A DNA stretch of 62,287 nucleotides, the filler included. It is 7 parts of 7 records of this genome, joined end to end, with 100 filler letters (N's around TTAATTAATTAA, not from the genome) between each part and the next. Parts side by side here need not be neighbours in the genome. Positions count along the whole stretch, not along the records: positions 15,224 to 25,770 come from SRR31156797_44642; positions 25,871 to 32,002 come from SRR31156797_44646; 5 more parts are not named here. One strand, given 5' to 3'. Below the pieces are notes generated by a model. The model saw only the letters and a program-made list of their open reading frames with translations, was not told where the DNA came from and searched no databases. Both the position numbers and the translations under genes were made by a program. Below are positions 19,333-28,900 of this stretch, piece after piece. Numbering within the stretch: position 1 is the stretch's first letter; every line of letters begins with the position of its first letter.

Positions 19333-20391
19333 ATGACCAAGGAAAATCCGAGGGGCAAGGTTCAAACCGTTACGGGCTTGATTGATCCCGATGATTTGGG
19401 GATCACTTTAATGCACGAACACCTACTAACGGATCTGTCGGTTTTCTTCCAGGAACCCGAAGATGCCACATCTCGGGAACTGGCCCATCAGACCCTGGAT
19501 CTCGAAAATCTTCATTGGGTCCGTTACAACTTTTTCACCAATGTCGATAATCTCAGGTTTACGGATGAGAAACTGATGACCCGCGAGGCCTGGCGTTTCA
19601 AAACGGCCGGGGGAAAAAGCATTGTTGAAATGAGCAATATCGGTCTTTTTCGCGACCCCATGGGATTGGCCCGGATTTCCAGGAGCACGGGTCTGCATGT
19701 GATCATGGGCTCGGGTTTTTATATAGGCGAAGCGCAAAAGGACGATTATTTATCCCTGAACGAGGAACAAATCGCCGATATCATCATCAAGGACATCACC
19801 GAGGGTGTAGATGATACCGGTATTAAGGCCGGTGTCATTGGAGAGATCGGGTGTAACGCCCCTATGGATCCCTTCGAAGTCAGATCCCTTCGGGGGGCAG
19901 CCCTGGCCCAACAGGCCACCGGCGCCCTGATCAATATTCATCCCAGTCACAAGAACAGTCTCGTACTTGAAAATGTTCGCGTTTTAAAAGAGGCCGGCGC
20001 CGACCTCGAACGCGTGGTTATCAGCCATGTGGACGGCTGGTGTTTCGAGACGGATCTGGTCTTGAATCTTCTGGATCAGGGTTGTGTGGTGGAATATGAC
20101 CATTTCGGTTTCGAAGGCTACTACCCGCCTTATCATGGAGACCATCTGAACACACCTACGGATGAAGATAAAATCAAGGATATTATGAAGCTTGTCGACA
20201 AGGGGCACCTAAAGCAGGTGGCTGTGGCAAGCGATCATTGCATGAAGCATTTACTGGCCGCTTACGGGGGCGGGGGTTATGACCATATTCTTAGGAACGC
20301 CGTACCACTCATGAAAATAAATGGAATGAACGACGATCAAATCCACACCTTGCTGGTTGAGAATCCCAAGCGCCTGCTGGCGTTTGTATAA
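19333..20391 (+). CDS. phosphotriesterase-related protein (PTER/PHP-like amidohydrolase)
   Basis: GKVQTV, HEH, GEIG, IHP, SHVD, ASD, YGGGGYDHIL, VENPKR motifs. Confidence 0.92.
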   Translation: MTKENPRGKVQTVTGLIDPDDLGITLMHEHLLTDLSVFFQEPEDATSRELAHQTLDLENLHWVRYNFFTNVDNLRFTDEKLMTREAWRFKTAGGKSIVEMSNIGLFRDPMGLARISRSTGLHVIMGSGFYIGEAQKDDYLSLNEEQIADIIIKDITEGVDDTGIKAGVIGEIGCNAPMDPFEVRSLRGAALAQQATGALINIHPSHKNSLVLENVRVLKEAGADLERVVISHVDGWCFETDLVLNLLDQGCVVEYDHFGFEGYYPPYHGDHLNTPTDEDKIKDIMKLVDKGHLKQVAVASDHCMKHLLAAYGGGGYDHILRNAVPLMKINGMNDDQIHTLLVENPKRLLAFV

Positions 20392-20409
20392 CCTGGAGAG
20401 TTTAGAAAT

Positions 20410-21435
20410 ATGACTTGGTTTTTAGTCGTTCGGATTGCCAGATCCTTTGTCACTGTTTTTATCGTTACGTTTATCATCTTCGTTCTCATCCGCGTGGTCC
20501 CGGGAGATCCGGTCAGAATGATGGTCACCGGCACCGCGCCAAAGAGTGCGGTGGAAGCCTTGCGCAAGGAATTGGGGCTGGATAAAAACGTCTTGTTTCA
20601 ATTTACCGATTTTCTTAAAAAGGCCGTTCGGGGAGATTTAGGCGAGTCTTTTTTTCGCAGCAAACATGGTGGTGTGGGTGAATCGGTCGGCGGCTCCTCC
20701 GCCCATCGCATCGATATGGCCGACAAAGGCGCCGAAGGTTTGAAAAGCATTGAAAAAGAGGCCCATACCAGGGCGTCAGTCAGTGTACTGGTGTACCAGC
20801 GATTCCCTCTTACCTTTGGTCTGATCGGTCTGGCTCTGGCCATGGGACTGTTTTGCGGCGGTGTTTTGGCCATCGTGGGGGCCAAGAATGAAAACATCGG
20901 TTTGAAAATTGAAATAGCCACGGTTTTTATCCAGTCCTTGCCAAATTTTTGGCTGGCGATCATGTTCATCCTGCTTTTTGCCGTAAAATTGAAAGTGCTT
21001 CCGGGCGTGGGGTACAAAGGCTTCATCAGTCTGGTGCTCCCCTCGACAGTTCTGGCCCTGACCCTTATCCCATCATCTTTTAAAACCATGTACGAATCCC
21101 TCAAGCGGATCAATAGCAAGCATTTTATCATGGCCATGGAGGCCCGGGGGATTTCGCGCCTCAATATTAACCGCCACGTAGCCAAGCATTTTCTGGGCTC
21201 TATCGTCACCTTTTTGGGACTTCAGTGGGGCCCCCTTTTTGGCAGCGCCATCATTATTGAGTATCTGTTTTCCATTCCCGGTATGGGAACGTTGTTTATT
21301 TACGCAGTGCTTCAACGGGATTATCCCTTGATCGTCGGCGGCGTCATCGCCCTTTCAGCCCTGTTTGTCAGCTTGAACCTATTGGCCGATCTGGTGTACG
21401 GCGCCTTGGACCCGAGGGTACGTGAATGGTCCTAA
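20410..21435 (+). CDS. Dpp/Opp-type ABC transporter permease (DppB-like)
   Basis: PGDPV, LGLDK, GDLGES, PGMG, QRDYP, LDPRV motifs. Confidence 0.9.
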   Translation: MTWFLVVRIARSFVTVFIVTFIIFVLIRVVPGDPVRMMVTGTAPKSAVEALRKELGLDKNVLFQFTDFLKKAVRGDLGESFFRSKHGGVGESVGGSSAHRIDMADKGAEGLKSIEKEAHTRASVSVLVYQRFPLTFGLIGLALAMGLFCGGVLAIVGAKNENIGLKIEIATVFIQSLPNFWLAIMFILLFAVKLKVLPGVGYKGFISLVLPSTVLALTLIPSSFKTMYESLKRINSKHFIMAMEARGISRLNINRHVAKHFLGSIVTFLGLQWGPLFGSAIIIEYLFSIPGMGTLFIYAVLQRDYPLIVGGVIALSALFVSLNLLADLVYGALDPRVREWS

Positions 21436-21673
21436 AAGAGCCAACCTGAAAAGGGACTCCGGGGTGGGATTATATCTCCATATTTAGTGAACCGATGAAA
21501 GGAGGTGATCGCGAGAATACAGCCGGCCCGACCCGGCAAAAAGCTTGGAGGCCGTGTCCTGATGCAGTAGTTTATAACCCTAATGCTAATTGACTCATTA
21601 CTATCAACCAACGGCTGTGCCGCCCAAAAGGCAGGGCGGACTATTGGGTAACTCAACCTATAGGAGTTTAAGA

Positions 21674-23221
21674 ATGAGAAAGAAAATCTTATTGTGCGCA
21701 ATTGCAGCCTGCCTGACCGTATGCATGGGCATGTTGCCGGCGTACGGCGCCGCTGAAAAAGATGTGTTCACCTTTGCTTCCGCCGAGCCCTTGACCGGTA
21801 ACTGGGACACGACCAGCCACACGATTCTTTCCCAGATCGGAATAGAAAATCACATTTTCGACAAACTTTTCGTGGCCCCCTGCGGCGTGGAAGATCCCGG
21901 CAAGCTGATTCCGGCTCTGGCGGTGTCCTACAAGCGCGTCGATCCGTTGACCTTGGAATTCAAACTGCGCCAAGGGGTCAAGTTCCACGATGGAACCCTG
22001 TTTGACGGAAAAGATGTCAAAGCCACCCTGGATTATTACTCCGACCCTCAAAAGCCTGGTTTCGGTTGGCTTCCCGGGAAACTGGAAAGCAAAATTATCG
22101 ACGCCCATACCGTTCAAGTAAAAACGGAAAAACCTGTGGGGTCACTCATCTACTCCTTGGGACTGATCTGTATCATGTCCGATGAGGATATCGCCAGCGG
22201 CAAGATCAAGGAATCGCCCAATGGAACCGGTCCCTGGAAGTACTTGGAACAAAAAGGCGATACCACCATTATGACGGCCAACAAGGACTATTGGGCCGGC
22301 GCCCCTAAATTGCATGCCTTTCACTGGATATACGTCCCCAATGCCAGCGTGCGTCTGTTTGGTCTTTTAAGTGGTGAATACGATGCCATAGAACGTGTGG
22401 AATCGGAGCATATAGGCACAATCAACAAGGACAAAAACACGGCTGTCAGCAAAGCGGCCTCGGTGGAGAACAAATGGTTGATATTCAGAACCCAAAAACC
22501 GCCCTTCAACGACGTCCGCGTTCGTCAGGCCATAGCCCACGCCGTGGACAGGGAAGGCATTGTTCACATCCTGGGTGAGGCAGGCAAGGAGGTCGCGGCT
22601 CATATTCCGAGAGCCAAATTCGGCTATATCGACACCCCCAACAACGTGTCCTATGACCCGGCCAAGGCCAAAAAGCTTCTGGCAGAGGCAGGGTACAGCG
22701 ATATCAATACTTTTCCCACACTTGAATATATAACCTCCACCGGATTTTATCCTAAAACAAAGGAATATGCGGAGTATATATCCGCATCACTGGGCACTCT
22801 AGGCATCAAAGTCAAACTCAAGGTTCTGGAAACGGCGCCCTGGCTTGAATCACTGTACAATCCCGAAGCCGGCCATATGATCGATACCGGATGGTGCACG
22901 GGAACGCCCGAACCGGATCAGATCCTTCGGGCCATGTTTCATCGCAGTACCAAACGGATGACCTTCTTGGAAGACGATCAAATCAGTGACAGTCTGGATA
23001 AGGAGCAATCATCGGTTGATCTGGACGTGAGGAAAAAAGTGCTGCAGGAAGAAACCCTCCCGCTACTGATGGAAAAAGTACCAGCCTTGCCCCTGTTTAC
23101 CTCGGTTATGATCTGGGGTTATCGGACGAATGTTAAAAACTTTAAAGGCTGGCCTTCCAATTTCTTCTACTTGAAAGATATTGAAGAGCCCTACGGCCAA
23201 AGCGACGTTTACAAGGAATAA
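21674..23221 (+). CDS. Dpp/Opp-type ABC substrate-binding protein (family 5)
   Basis: Signal peptide; FKLRQGVKFHDG, GTGPW, PFNDVRVRQAI motifs; RBS AGGAG. Confidence 0.92.
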   Translation: MRKKILLCAIAACLTVCMGMLPAYGAAEKDVFTFASAEPLTGNWDTTSHTILSQIGIENHIFDKLFVAPCGVEDPGKLIPALAVSYKRVDPLTLEFKLRQGVKFHDGTLFDGKDVKATLDYYSDPQKPGFGWLPGKLESKIIDAHTVQVKTEKPVGSLIYSLGLICIMSDEDIASGKIKESPNGTGPWKYLEQKGDTTIMTANKDYWAGAPKLHAFHWIYVPNASVRLFGLLSGEYDAIERVESEHIGTINKDKNTAVSKAASVENKWLIFRTQKPPFNDVRVRQAIAHAVDREGIVHILGEAGKEVAAHIPRAKFGYIDTPNNVSYDPAKAKKLLAEAGYSDINTFPTLEYITSTGFYPKTKEYAEYISASLGTLGIKVKLKVLETAPWLESLYNPEAGHMIDTGWCTGTPEPDQILRAMFHRSTKRMTFLEDDQISDSLDKEQSSVDLDVRKKVLQEETLPLLMEKVPALPLFTSVMIWGYRTNVKNFKGWPSNFFYLKDIEEPYGQSDVYKE

Positions 23222-23317
23222 CCTTTTTGAAGAAATGACGCTTTTAGGGTTGGGGCGGATAAACACCAGGCGGCGTCTCCCGCGCTTCATGCCAACAAGG
23301 GCCTGATCACTTATGGC

Positions 23318-23357
23318 CAGGTCGGTAATCAGCGGACTATAGATGATTACCGGCCTG
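23318..23357 (+). other. strong intercistronic stem-loop after the SBP gene
   Basis: CAGGTCGGTAATCA…TGATTACCGGCCTG 14-bp stem with one G-U pair. Confidence 0.5.
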
Positions 23358-23437
23358 CCCAGCCGCCATCCGCTTCCTGCATCGAGTCTGATGGGAGACA
23401 TAGTATTGAACCGGAAAAAATGTGGAAGGTGTTATTA

Positions 23438-24322
23438 ATGCAAGACAACTCGATATCGGAGGCTGTGGGAGGCAATTTGCCGAAAAGTACCCGGGCCATG
23501 AAATTGCTGTTTCGGGATAAGGCTTTCTTAATCAGTTTTTTTATTTTGATTTCAATCGTTATGTTATCCGCCTTCGCCCCGCTGATCACACCATACTCAC
23601 CCAACCAGATGTCGATAAAAAACCGTCTGGCGCCGCCTTTTTTCGAAGATGGCGGAAGTACTGCCCATATCTTCGGGACTGACGGATTGGGCCGGGATAT
23701 TGCCACCAGGATTTTATTCGGCTTGCGGAATTCCCTCGTGATCGCCTTTTTCTCGGTCCTGATTATCTTCGGAATCGGGATATTCGTGGGGCTTTTAAGC
23801 GGCATCTACGGCAAGACCACCGATACCGTGATTATGACCATGACCGATATACAACTATCTTTGCCCTTGCTGGTGATCGCGGTGATCTTACTAGCTGTGA
23901 CCCCCCCTACGATTATATCGATTACCATCGTTTTGGGGTTATCGGGCTGGCCTATATACGCGAGGGCTACCAGGGCCAGCGTCTTAAAAGAAAAAACCAG
24001 GGACTATGTGCTTGCGGCCAGAATATTGGGGGCCTCCTCGTTTTGGATATTAAAAAAATATTTTCTTAGAAACGTGATTCTCTCCACTCTGGGATTTGTG
24101 GTTTTGGAGTTTGGCCTGATGATCGTCTGGGAAGCACTGCTCAGTTTTATCGGTATCGGCATTCAGCCCCCGGACATCTCTTTGGGTACGATCATGGGCG
24201 ACGGTCTTAACTATCTCATCAATGCCTGGTGGATTACGACCATACCGGGTGTGTTCATTACAATTATCACAATCTCGTTGAGCTTTATCAGCCGTACAAC
24301 CATCAGGGTAATGGCTTCATGA
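23438..24322 (+). CDS. Dpp/Opp-type ABC transporter permease (DppC-like)
   Basis: HIFGTDGLGRD, DYVLAARILGAS, LSFIGIGIQPP motifs. Confidence 0.92.
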   Translation: MQDNSISEAVGGNLPKSTRAMKLLFRDKAFLISFFILISIVMLSAFAPLITPYSPNQMSIKNRLAPPFFEDGGSTAHIFGTDGLGRDIATRILFGLRNSLVIAFFSVLIIFGIGIFVGLLSGIYGKTTDTVIMTMTDIQLSLPLLVIAVILLAVTPPTIISITIVLGLSGWPIYARATRASVLKEKTRDYVLAARILGASSFWILKKYFLRNVILSTLGFVVLEFGLMIVWEALLSFIGIGIQPPDISLGTIMGDGLNYLINAWWITTIPGVFITIITISLSFISRTTIRVMAS

Positions 24323-24400
24323 GATTTTTTTGGCGCCTTGTTTTGAACCGGAACTAAAAATAAGCTCCTTTTGTATTATTTAGGGAGTTGGAGTTCACAC

Positions 24401-25381
24401 ATGCATCAAACTCTTTTGGAAGTTTTGGACCTCAGTGTAGTCGGCCGTGGAGCCGACGGCAATGACCAGAAACTGATTCAGGATCTCGGGTTTTCCGTGG
24501 ATGTAGGACAGACAATTGGCATTGTGGGAGAAAGCGGAAGCGGCAAATCACTGCTGGCCAGCACGATAATGCACATCCTGGCCCCTGGCTGCCGAGTGGA
24601 CAAAGGGCAAATACTTTTCGAAGGCCAGGATATTCATCGGCTCTCCAAAAAAAATCTGAATCGCATTCGCGGCTTTCAAATAGCGATGATCAGCGATAAT
24701 CCATTAGAGATTCTGGATCCGATCTGTAGCGTGGAAAAGCAGGTTCGGGAAACCATACGAGCATATAATCCAGAGATGTCTAAAGCCAGGGCTGTTGAAA
24801 TGGGTTTGTCCATATTCAAAACTTTAAAAATGCCGGATCCCGAAAAAATGATGCACAGCTACCCCTACCAATTGAGTGGGGGCATGCAACAACGCGTGGC
24901 CATCGCCCTGGCCCTTTGCGGTGATGTAAAACTGCTAGTTGCCGATGACGCCGTGCGCTCCCTTGACGTTACCGTAGCCGCTCAAATAATAGAAATATTA
25001 AGAAAAATGAAAGTTGAAAGTCAGCTTAGCCTTGTATGGATTTCAAACAGTTTGCCGGTTTGTTCACTTCTGGCCGATAACATTATGATCATGTACAACG
25101 GCCGAATTCTCGAAATAGGGCCAAAGGCGAGGGTTCTAAACGACCCCAGGCATTTCTATACTCAAAAACTGGTGCAGGTCACACCCAGCCTAACAATACA
25201 GGCGAGGGATACAGCGATAAAGGATTTGAAATTGAAGTCCGGCCTTTCAATTCTGAGCAAGAGGAACGGCGGATGCGAGTTCAGCAATATTTGTGAGCGA
25301 TCCGATACGGCCTGTGAGGTTATGACGCCGGTTTTATCCGATGTTGACCAGACACACCAATGCAGGTGTCATCATATCTAA
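24401..25381 (+). CDS. DppD-like ABC ATP-binding protein with degenerate catalytic motifs
   Basis: GESGSGKS and LSGGMQQR intact; Walker B reads ADDA and H-loop reads ISNS; C-terminal Cys cluster. Confidence 0.88.
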   Translation: MHQTLLEVLDLSVVGRGADGNDQKLIQDLGFSVDVGQTIGIVGESGSGKSLLASTIMHILAPGCRVDKGQILFEGQDIHRLSKKNLNRIRGFQIAMISDNPLEILDPICSVEKQVRETIRAYNPEMSKARAVEMGLSIFKTLKMPDPEKMMHSYPYQLSGGMQQRVAIALALCGDVKLLVADDAVRSLDVTVAAQIIEILRKMKVESQLSLVWISNSLPVCSLLADNIMIMYNGRILEIGPKARVLNDPRHFYTQKLVQVTPSLTIQARDTAIKDLKLKSGLSILSKRNGGCEFSNICERSDTACEVMTPVLSDVDQTHQCRCHHI

Positions 25382-25407
25382 GCTTCAAGGAAAACGGGAT
25401 AATTGCC

Positions 25408-25770
25408 ATGAAAAAAAATGATACCCTGATCGATTTGGAAAACGTGCATAAGGATTACGTTCTGCCGCGCCGCCATCTTTTCCGGGCGCCTAGTGTCGTT
25501 CACGCAGTACAGGGAGTCTCCTTAAAACTGGCCAAGGGGCTCATTTATGGTTTGGTGGGCGAATCCGGGTGTGGAAAAACAACCTTGGCCAAAATGATTG
25601 CCGGCGTTGAGAATCCAACTAAAGGGACTATCCGGCTGGAAGGGGAGGATTTGAACTCGATGAAAAAAAACGGCGGAAAATCGAAAATTTCCCGTAGAAT
25701 TCAACTGATCCTGCAAAATGCCTACGCTTCGTTGCCCCCCCGGCGAACCGTCAGACAGATTTTACATGAA
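25408..25770 (+). CDS. DppF-like ABC ATP-binding protein, 3' truncated
   Basis: VHAVQGVS, GESGCGKTT, LILQN. Confidence 0.88.
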
Positions 25771-25870
25771 NNNNNNNNNNNNNNNNNNNNNNNNNNNNNN
25801 NNNNNNNNNNNNNNTTAATTAATTAANNNNNNNNNNNNNNNNNNNNNNNNNNNNNNNNNNNNNNNNNNNN
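25771..25870. other. artificial contig linker
   Basis: N44-TTAATTAATTAA-N44. Confidence 0.98.
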
Positions 25871-25998
25871 ATTAAGAGTTTTTAATAGATTAGACTACTA
25901 ATTTATCTAATATTTTCTAGTATATCAAAAAACTAACTTAATCGTAAACTTTTTGTTAGTATAATTGTTTTTATAAGAGTTTAAAATGTAGGGGAATA

Positions 25999-28900
25999 AT
26001 GAGACAAATACTACTTATATCTTTTTTAGTTGTAAATATACTCTCTTGTTCTTACGCAAAAGAGGTAATACTCCAATTAAAATGGAAACACCAGTTTCAA
26101 TTTGCTGGATTTTATATGGCAAAAGAGAAAGGCTTGTATCAAAAGAAAGGGATTGATGTTAGTATTAAAGAGTTAGGAGATTATGATCCAGTTGATAGTG
26201 TTTTAGAACAAAAAGCCCAGTTTGGTGTAGATGATTCTGTGTTGATCCATGAAAGAATGCTTGGAAAGTCTGTGGTGGGACTTTTCCCTATATATCAAAG
26301 GTCTCCTCTTATTTTGATGGGGATTAAAAAAGATCAAAAAAAGAGTACTTTAGAAAATAAGATTGTGGAGATACCAAGTTACTCTTTGAGTAGCATTACA
26401 ATAAAAGCGATGTTTAAATTAACAAACACCTCTTACCAAGCTAAACCTCCCACTTTTAAGCTTGATGATCTTCTAGCAAAAAAGACAGATTATATTAGCT
26501 CATACATCTCAAATGAACCGTACAAATTAAAAAAACTAGGGATTGATCCTATTTTATATAGTCCTTATGATTATGGGATAGATTTTTATGGGGATATGCT
26601 TTATACTTCAAAAAAACTTCTTGACACAGATCCAAAGCTTGTGGAAGAGTTTTTAGATGCATCAAAAAAAGGATGGCTCTATGCCTTTGAACATATTGAT
26701 GAAACAATAAAGGTGATTTTAGAAAAATATAATACGCAAAATAAAGAAAAAGAAGCACTTGCCTATGAAGCAAATGAGCTTAAAAAGTTAGCTAATCTTG
26801 ATAATTTTGGAGAGTTCTCTTTAGCAAAAGTTCAAAATATAGCCACTAGTTATGTGTATTTAAGTCCTCAAAAGTATGATTTGAATAATTTAGAAGGGTT
26901 TATTTATAAAAAAAATAATAGTTTTACTTTAAAAGAGGAAGAAAAAGAGTTTTTAAAAAAAAATAATAGTTTTACAATTTGTAGTAGATACAACCATTAT
27001 CCATTAAGTAGAGAAATTAATGGGAAACTTGATGGAATAGCAAAAGATATCTTTGAAAAATTAGCAGATGAGCTACAGATAAGTTTTAAGGTTTTACCTA
27101 TAAAGTCTGATGATAGTTTTATGAAAAAAATAAGAGAGAATCAATGTGATTTTGTCTCTTTAATTAAAGAGGGTGCAACCCAGCTTCCAAATATTAAAAC
27201 TTCTAAAAAAATTTTCTCCACTACATTTGTCGCTATTGGGAACCTTCAGAGTATTTTTATAGACAATTTTTCAAAAGCCAAGGGAAAAACCTTTTATATT
27301 AAAGATAAAGCACACCTTTTTGTATTAAAAAGCTTTTATCCTAATCTAAACATTAAACTTAATAAAAATGTAGATGAAATCATGAAAACAGTGTTAGAAG
27401 ATCATAATAGTTACTATCTAAATAATAAGATATTAATAGAACATACCTTGCAAAAATATGGGTTTGAAACATTGAAACTTAGTGGGATAGTTGAAAAAGT
27501 ACATGCAAATGCAGCTATTGGGATCAATGTAAAATATCCTGAGCTTTTTCCTATTATTAATAAAGTGATTGATAATTTTGATGAAAAATATATGGACAAA
27601 GTGATTGATAAATATGTGATCAAAGAGTTTAGAGTTGTTGAAAACTATAAATATTTTTGGTATTTGATGGTTGTTTTTATCCTTATCGTTGTTTTTATCT
27701 ATGTAAGATATCGTGTGATCGTCTTTAAAAATCAAGAGATAGCAACACTCAATAGATCACTAACAGAATATTCTGCTCAGTTAAATGAAGCACAAACTGT
27801 TGCAAAGGTTGGTTCATGGAAGCTGTATATTGTAGGAAATCATCTTGAGTGGAGTGATGAGATCTTTAATATTTTTGAGATAGATAAACAGAGATTTGAT
27901 GCTTCCTATGAAGCATTTTTAAATAGAGTGCATCCTGAAGATAGGGAAAAGCTTAACCTTGCTTATAAACAATCTTTGCAAGACCAACAGCCTTACGATA
28001 TAGTTCATCGACTTTTAATGGATGATGGTCGAATCAAATGGGTACATGAAAAATGTAAAACCACTTTTGATGAAGAGGGACACCCTTTGATCTCAGTAGG
28101 AACTGTTCAAGATATTACTACTGAAAAAGTATTAGAACAACAGATCGAAATGGAAAAAGATTTTATCTCTACGATCATAGATAGTGCCAATGCTATTATA
28201 GCTGTAATTGATAGTGATGGAAGAATGATAAAGATCAATAAGTATGGTCAAGAGTTTACAGGATATAGCGAAGCTGAGATATCAAGTGAAGCGTATTTTT
28301 GGTCAAGGTTTCTCCCTCCAATGATGCAAAATAAGGTTCTTGATATTATAGAAAAAGCAAAGCAAGGGGAGATCATAAAATTTTTTAAAAATGGATGGAT
28401 ATCAAAAGATGGAAGAGAGAGAATTTTTGAATGGTCCAATACCCTTGTGCAAAAAAAAGATGGATCAATGGATTATATTGCAACCATTGGGATCGATATT
28501 ACTGATAAAGAGGAGATACAAAACCAGATCATTAAAGAGCGTAAAAAATATAAAAACCTAATGAACCTCTCTTCAGATGCAATATTTATTATGGATATAC
28601 ACACAGGGAAACTTATAGAGTACAGTATACGTGTAGCAGAGCTTTTAGGATATAGTGATGAGGAGCTAAAAAATATTAGTGTTTTAGATTGGGATACACA
28701 GATCAATGATCTATCTGAGTATCAAAGTATATCTTTAAATATATGGTATGAACCTATTTATTTTGAAAGGGTACATAAAAGAAAAGATGGCTCTTTTTAC
28801 AATGCGGCTATTACTGCAGTGAAGATAAAGCTTTTGGATGAAGAATATCTTTATGCATCGGTTAGAGATATCACAGCAGAGATTAAGTTAAAAGAAGAAT

